From Hemiscyllium ocellatum (lineage: Eukaryota): a stretch of 64,000 nt of DNA. The stretch spans positions 46,562,498 to 46,626,497 of the forward strand of contig NC_083435.1 of NCBI RefSeq assembly GCF_020745735.1. The letters are read 5' to 3'. Position numbers and translations under genes: made by a program. Positions 61,011 to 64,000 of the stretch are shown piece after piece (position 1 is the first letter of the stretch; each line of letters starts with the position of its first letter). A model generated the notes under the pieces. That model searched no databases. It was given only the letters and a program-made list of their open reading frames with translations, and was not told where the DNA came from.

Positions 61011-63054
61011 TGATTTAGTTTTCTTGTTCCCTGTAACATTATGCTACCTGCATTTCTCTTCTCTCTGCAATGCTTTTGCAATAGCTCTGATATTCCTGTC
61101 CCACTCTCCCATCCATGCCCTGAAATCAGCTGCACTGTCTATCATACCGCTTGCATTCAAATGAATGCAATCTAATTCAACATATTCCTCATTCCTGGTT
61201 GTTCTGTTGCCTCCCCTAAATGTCTTAACTTCTGTATCAGTCAGAAGCATTTCTCTTGCGCCACTACTCTTTTGGCTGTCTCCACCAACAGTATTGTTTA
61301 AGGTATTTTTTTTGAGGGGGGAAAGCCACAGGAGAATCGTGTATGATTTGCCTCGCCCAGCGCTCACCAATCTACCTGGTCATCCAGCGAAGATTCAACA
61401 GACTGATTCCAGGAATGGCAGGACTACATATGAAGAAAGACTGGATAAACTGGAGATCTCATAGAGATATACCAAATCGTAATGGAACAGGACAGGCTCG
61501 ATGCAGCATGTTGGGGAAGCCCAAAACCCAGAGTCACAATTGACGAATAAGGGCTATCCATCCAGGACTGAGATGAGGGAGAATTACATCATTGAGTGAG
61601 TTGTGAACCTGTGATTTCCCTCACATAGGAAACAATTGGTGGCGATTTATTAGATATTTTAAAGAGGAAGCTTGGCATGATCTTTGCAGCGAAAGGGTGC
61701 AAGGGATTCGGAGGGATATCAGTATTAGGTTACGGTGATTGTTTGGAGAAAGAGAAGGCTGCAGAAGCTGGAGAATCAGAGTCCCAAAGGGGCCGCTGAG
61801 AAAGCACAATAGGTCAGGCAGCAACGGAGGAACAGGAGAGTCGATGTTGCCAGCATAAGCCCTTCATCAGGAATTTCCTGTGCCAACCAAGCATCCCATC
61901 TGACTGAATCCAATTTGCCAGTGTGTCCCCATATCCCTCCACACCCTTACTATTAATATTCATCTGGCCACTCAATCTAATATGCAATACACACGTCATG
62001 CAGAATTTACTCCTCACTCTTTAAAAATATCTTTGCCCGTCACCTTAAATCTTTACCTTCTACCTTTGGACTCCTTAGCTATTCACTTTATCCACATCCC
62101 TTATGATTTTATTAACACCTATCCCGCCCATTTAATTCATATCTTCGATGATGAAAACCCTAATTGGCTTCGCGGCCTTGATTACCTCTCAGAACTAGTA
62201 CACTCCAAATTGTATTTGAAGGCTGATACTTAAAAATAAAATATGGGGCTGGCGAGATAAAGTTTGTTTTATGACACATTGCCTCTGGTTTTACATGTTT
62301 TTTAACAGTAAAAGTGAATTTTCAAAATTAATCACTGCGGAGCTACTCACATCCTTACAAACACTTCTGTTTTTATGTCCACGAGATAAATCGGATGTTG
62401 ATTTTTGTTACAGCAGGTTTTGAGTAACAGATTACAGTCGTTTTCAATTTTTCAGAGCCTAGATGAAAAGTAGGAGCAATTTTGATTCCGTAATCAAAGG
62501 AAGGGCAGATTTGTTCCAGGGGATGTGAGTGGTTTTCCGAGAGAAAATGAGCAGACATATATTTCGTGAAATTTCGAAGAATTAACTGAGAAATAGACTG
62601 AGTGGAAATGGAAATTCATCAGGGATCGGGCAGGATTGAATCTAAGAAAACATTTCTCTCGACTGGGAAGTTCAGAGCATCGTATCAGAACCTCATGATA
62701 AATCAATAATATATCAGTAATTTAGCATGAGAAGAAATTTGCCAACAGGAGTTGTGCATCTTAGAATTCTCCATGACTATGAGCTGTGCATGTTCAAGAC
62801 AGAATATGCTTTGAGCCACAACGAAAAGTATATATTTATGGGAAAAGTGCATATGGGTGGACTTAGGGTAGACCAGATTTTGTCAAATGTTGGAGAGGGA
62901 TCTGAGTGCTGATGGGATTCACTGGAACCCGGAGGATGAAGCATCAAATGTTGCCGACGTGTTTCAGATACCAACATGGATCAGCACAGTATCCCAGTGG
63001 GAAGAAATGGCCAGCCATGTTGGAAAGTCCTTCTGCATGGAAAGAGGTCATGTT

Positions 63055-63162
63055 CTGGATCAGTGGTGCTGGAAGAGCACAGCAGTCAGGCAGCATCCAA
63101 GGAGCAGCGAAATCGATTTTTCGGGCAAAAGCCCTTCATCAGGAATAAAGGCAGTGAGCCTG
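63055..63162 (-). mobile_element. Penelope-like terminal insertion with hammerhead motif at 63111-63146
   Basis: Minus strand ATTC-CTGATGA-AGGGCTTTTGCCC-GAAA-AATC-GATT; specific to unit D. Confidence 0.6.
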
Positions 63163-63606
63163 TGTCAGACTTTTAAAATCCGTGGCAATAGGAAGAATGT
63201 GATTCAATTAATGAAACTTCAGTTTAGTTTTGAAACTTGTTTTGTAATAATATCAATTTCCATTCTTCTGTAAGTTAATGATTAGTTAATAGTAAGTTTG
63301 ATGTTCGAAATGCCAAGTTTTCTTTTCTAATTTGATTCTCTGGTGATTTGAGAAATATCTTGAGGTCAATGAAATCATGCCGTGAAGAGTGATTTCCGTT
63401 ATTTGATCCCATTAAGAGTTTCAGTCTTACAGTATTGTACATTGTGGGGAGAAATATACTAATGTTTGTGATAATCTGGTATTTATGCCTCCAAATTGTT
63501 TGTTGGTGAGTCACTCATATGTTCCAATTTGATGAAAACCTGAAGAAAGTAAACTTGCAGAGTTGTGGGGTTAAATAAGGAAATGGTTCTGAATGACTTA
63601 GTTGAG

Positions 63607-63920
63607 TTTGGGCAGTTGGTTAGCACTGCTGACTCACAGCACCAGGGACCCGGGTCCGATTCCACCCTCGGGCCACTGCCTGTGGAGACTTCGCACATTC
63701 TCCCTGCATACATCGCTTTCCTCCCACAATCCAAAGATGTGTAGGTTAGCTGAATTGGCCATGCTGAATTATCCATAGTGTTCAGGGATGTGTAGATTAG
63801 TGCATTAGTCAGGGATAAATGTGAGGTAATAGGGTAGGACAATGAGTTTGACTGGGGTACTCTTCAGAAGCTCAGTGTAGACTTGTTGGGCTGAAGCGTC
63901 TGCTTCCACACAGTTGGGGT
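63607..63920 (+). mobile_element. SINE (ancestral to the units)
   Basis: Paralogous to 44030-44330 and 29295-29600. Confidence 0.82.
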
Positions 63921-63921
63921 T

Positions 63922-64000
63922 CAAAGTTTGTGAGAAGATTTGTAGCTCGGGTGTTAGTTGTTGTGTTTCTGTTGATGACAAGCAACATGAATTCGACTGG
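63922..64000. mobile_element. Probable start of a Penelope-like element (inverted terminus followed by GIY-YIG-region sequence)
   Basis: Unit homology breaks here; the last nucleotides read DDKQHEFDW (HxFDW is typical downstream of GIY-YIG); truncated by the window. Confidence 0.4.

Larger units (their letters stand above)
56685..64000 (+). repeat. Segmental duplication unit D (partial; its gene would lie beyond the window)
   Basis: Colinear with 1-7200 and 38984-44330. Confidence 0.88.

Noticed and set aside
3070-63842. The many 60-190 aa ORFs in the track
   Set aside because: They fall in SINE, CR1 or Penelope relics or their antisense strands, and their frames are not preserved between paralogous units

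Overview
Repeat-rich vertebrate genomic DNA. The CR1 LINE, tRNA-derived V-SINE/HE1-type SINE and Penelope repertoire points to a cartilaginous fish, probably a shark (inference). The window is a head-to-tail array of ~17-21 kb segmental duplication units: A 1-~17.4k, then a unique block to 21.2k; B 21.2-39.0k; C 39.0-56.7k; D 56.7k to beyond the end. Each complete unit carries one intact two-exon rhodopsin-class GPCR of the GPR139/GPR142-like group. The three copies encode 337, 324 and 337 aa and are ~95-96% identical. Each has a 70-nt first coding exon missed by the ORF track, a TATA box 72 nt before the ATG and AATAAA shortly downstream. Each unit also contains a 53-bp satellite array whose monomer reads as the CR1 reverse-transcriptase GVxQGSVLG motif. 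Other highlights: an inverted 172-nt copy of the receptor's TM7 segment behind gene 2; minimal hammerhead ribozyme motifs in Penelope-type termini; a tRNA-Asn + SINE chimeric insertion; a near full-length young CR1 in the intron of gene 3. Coordinates of decayed repeats are approximate, and identities are hand counts.
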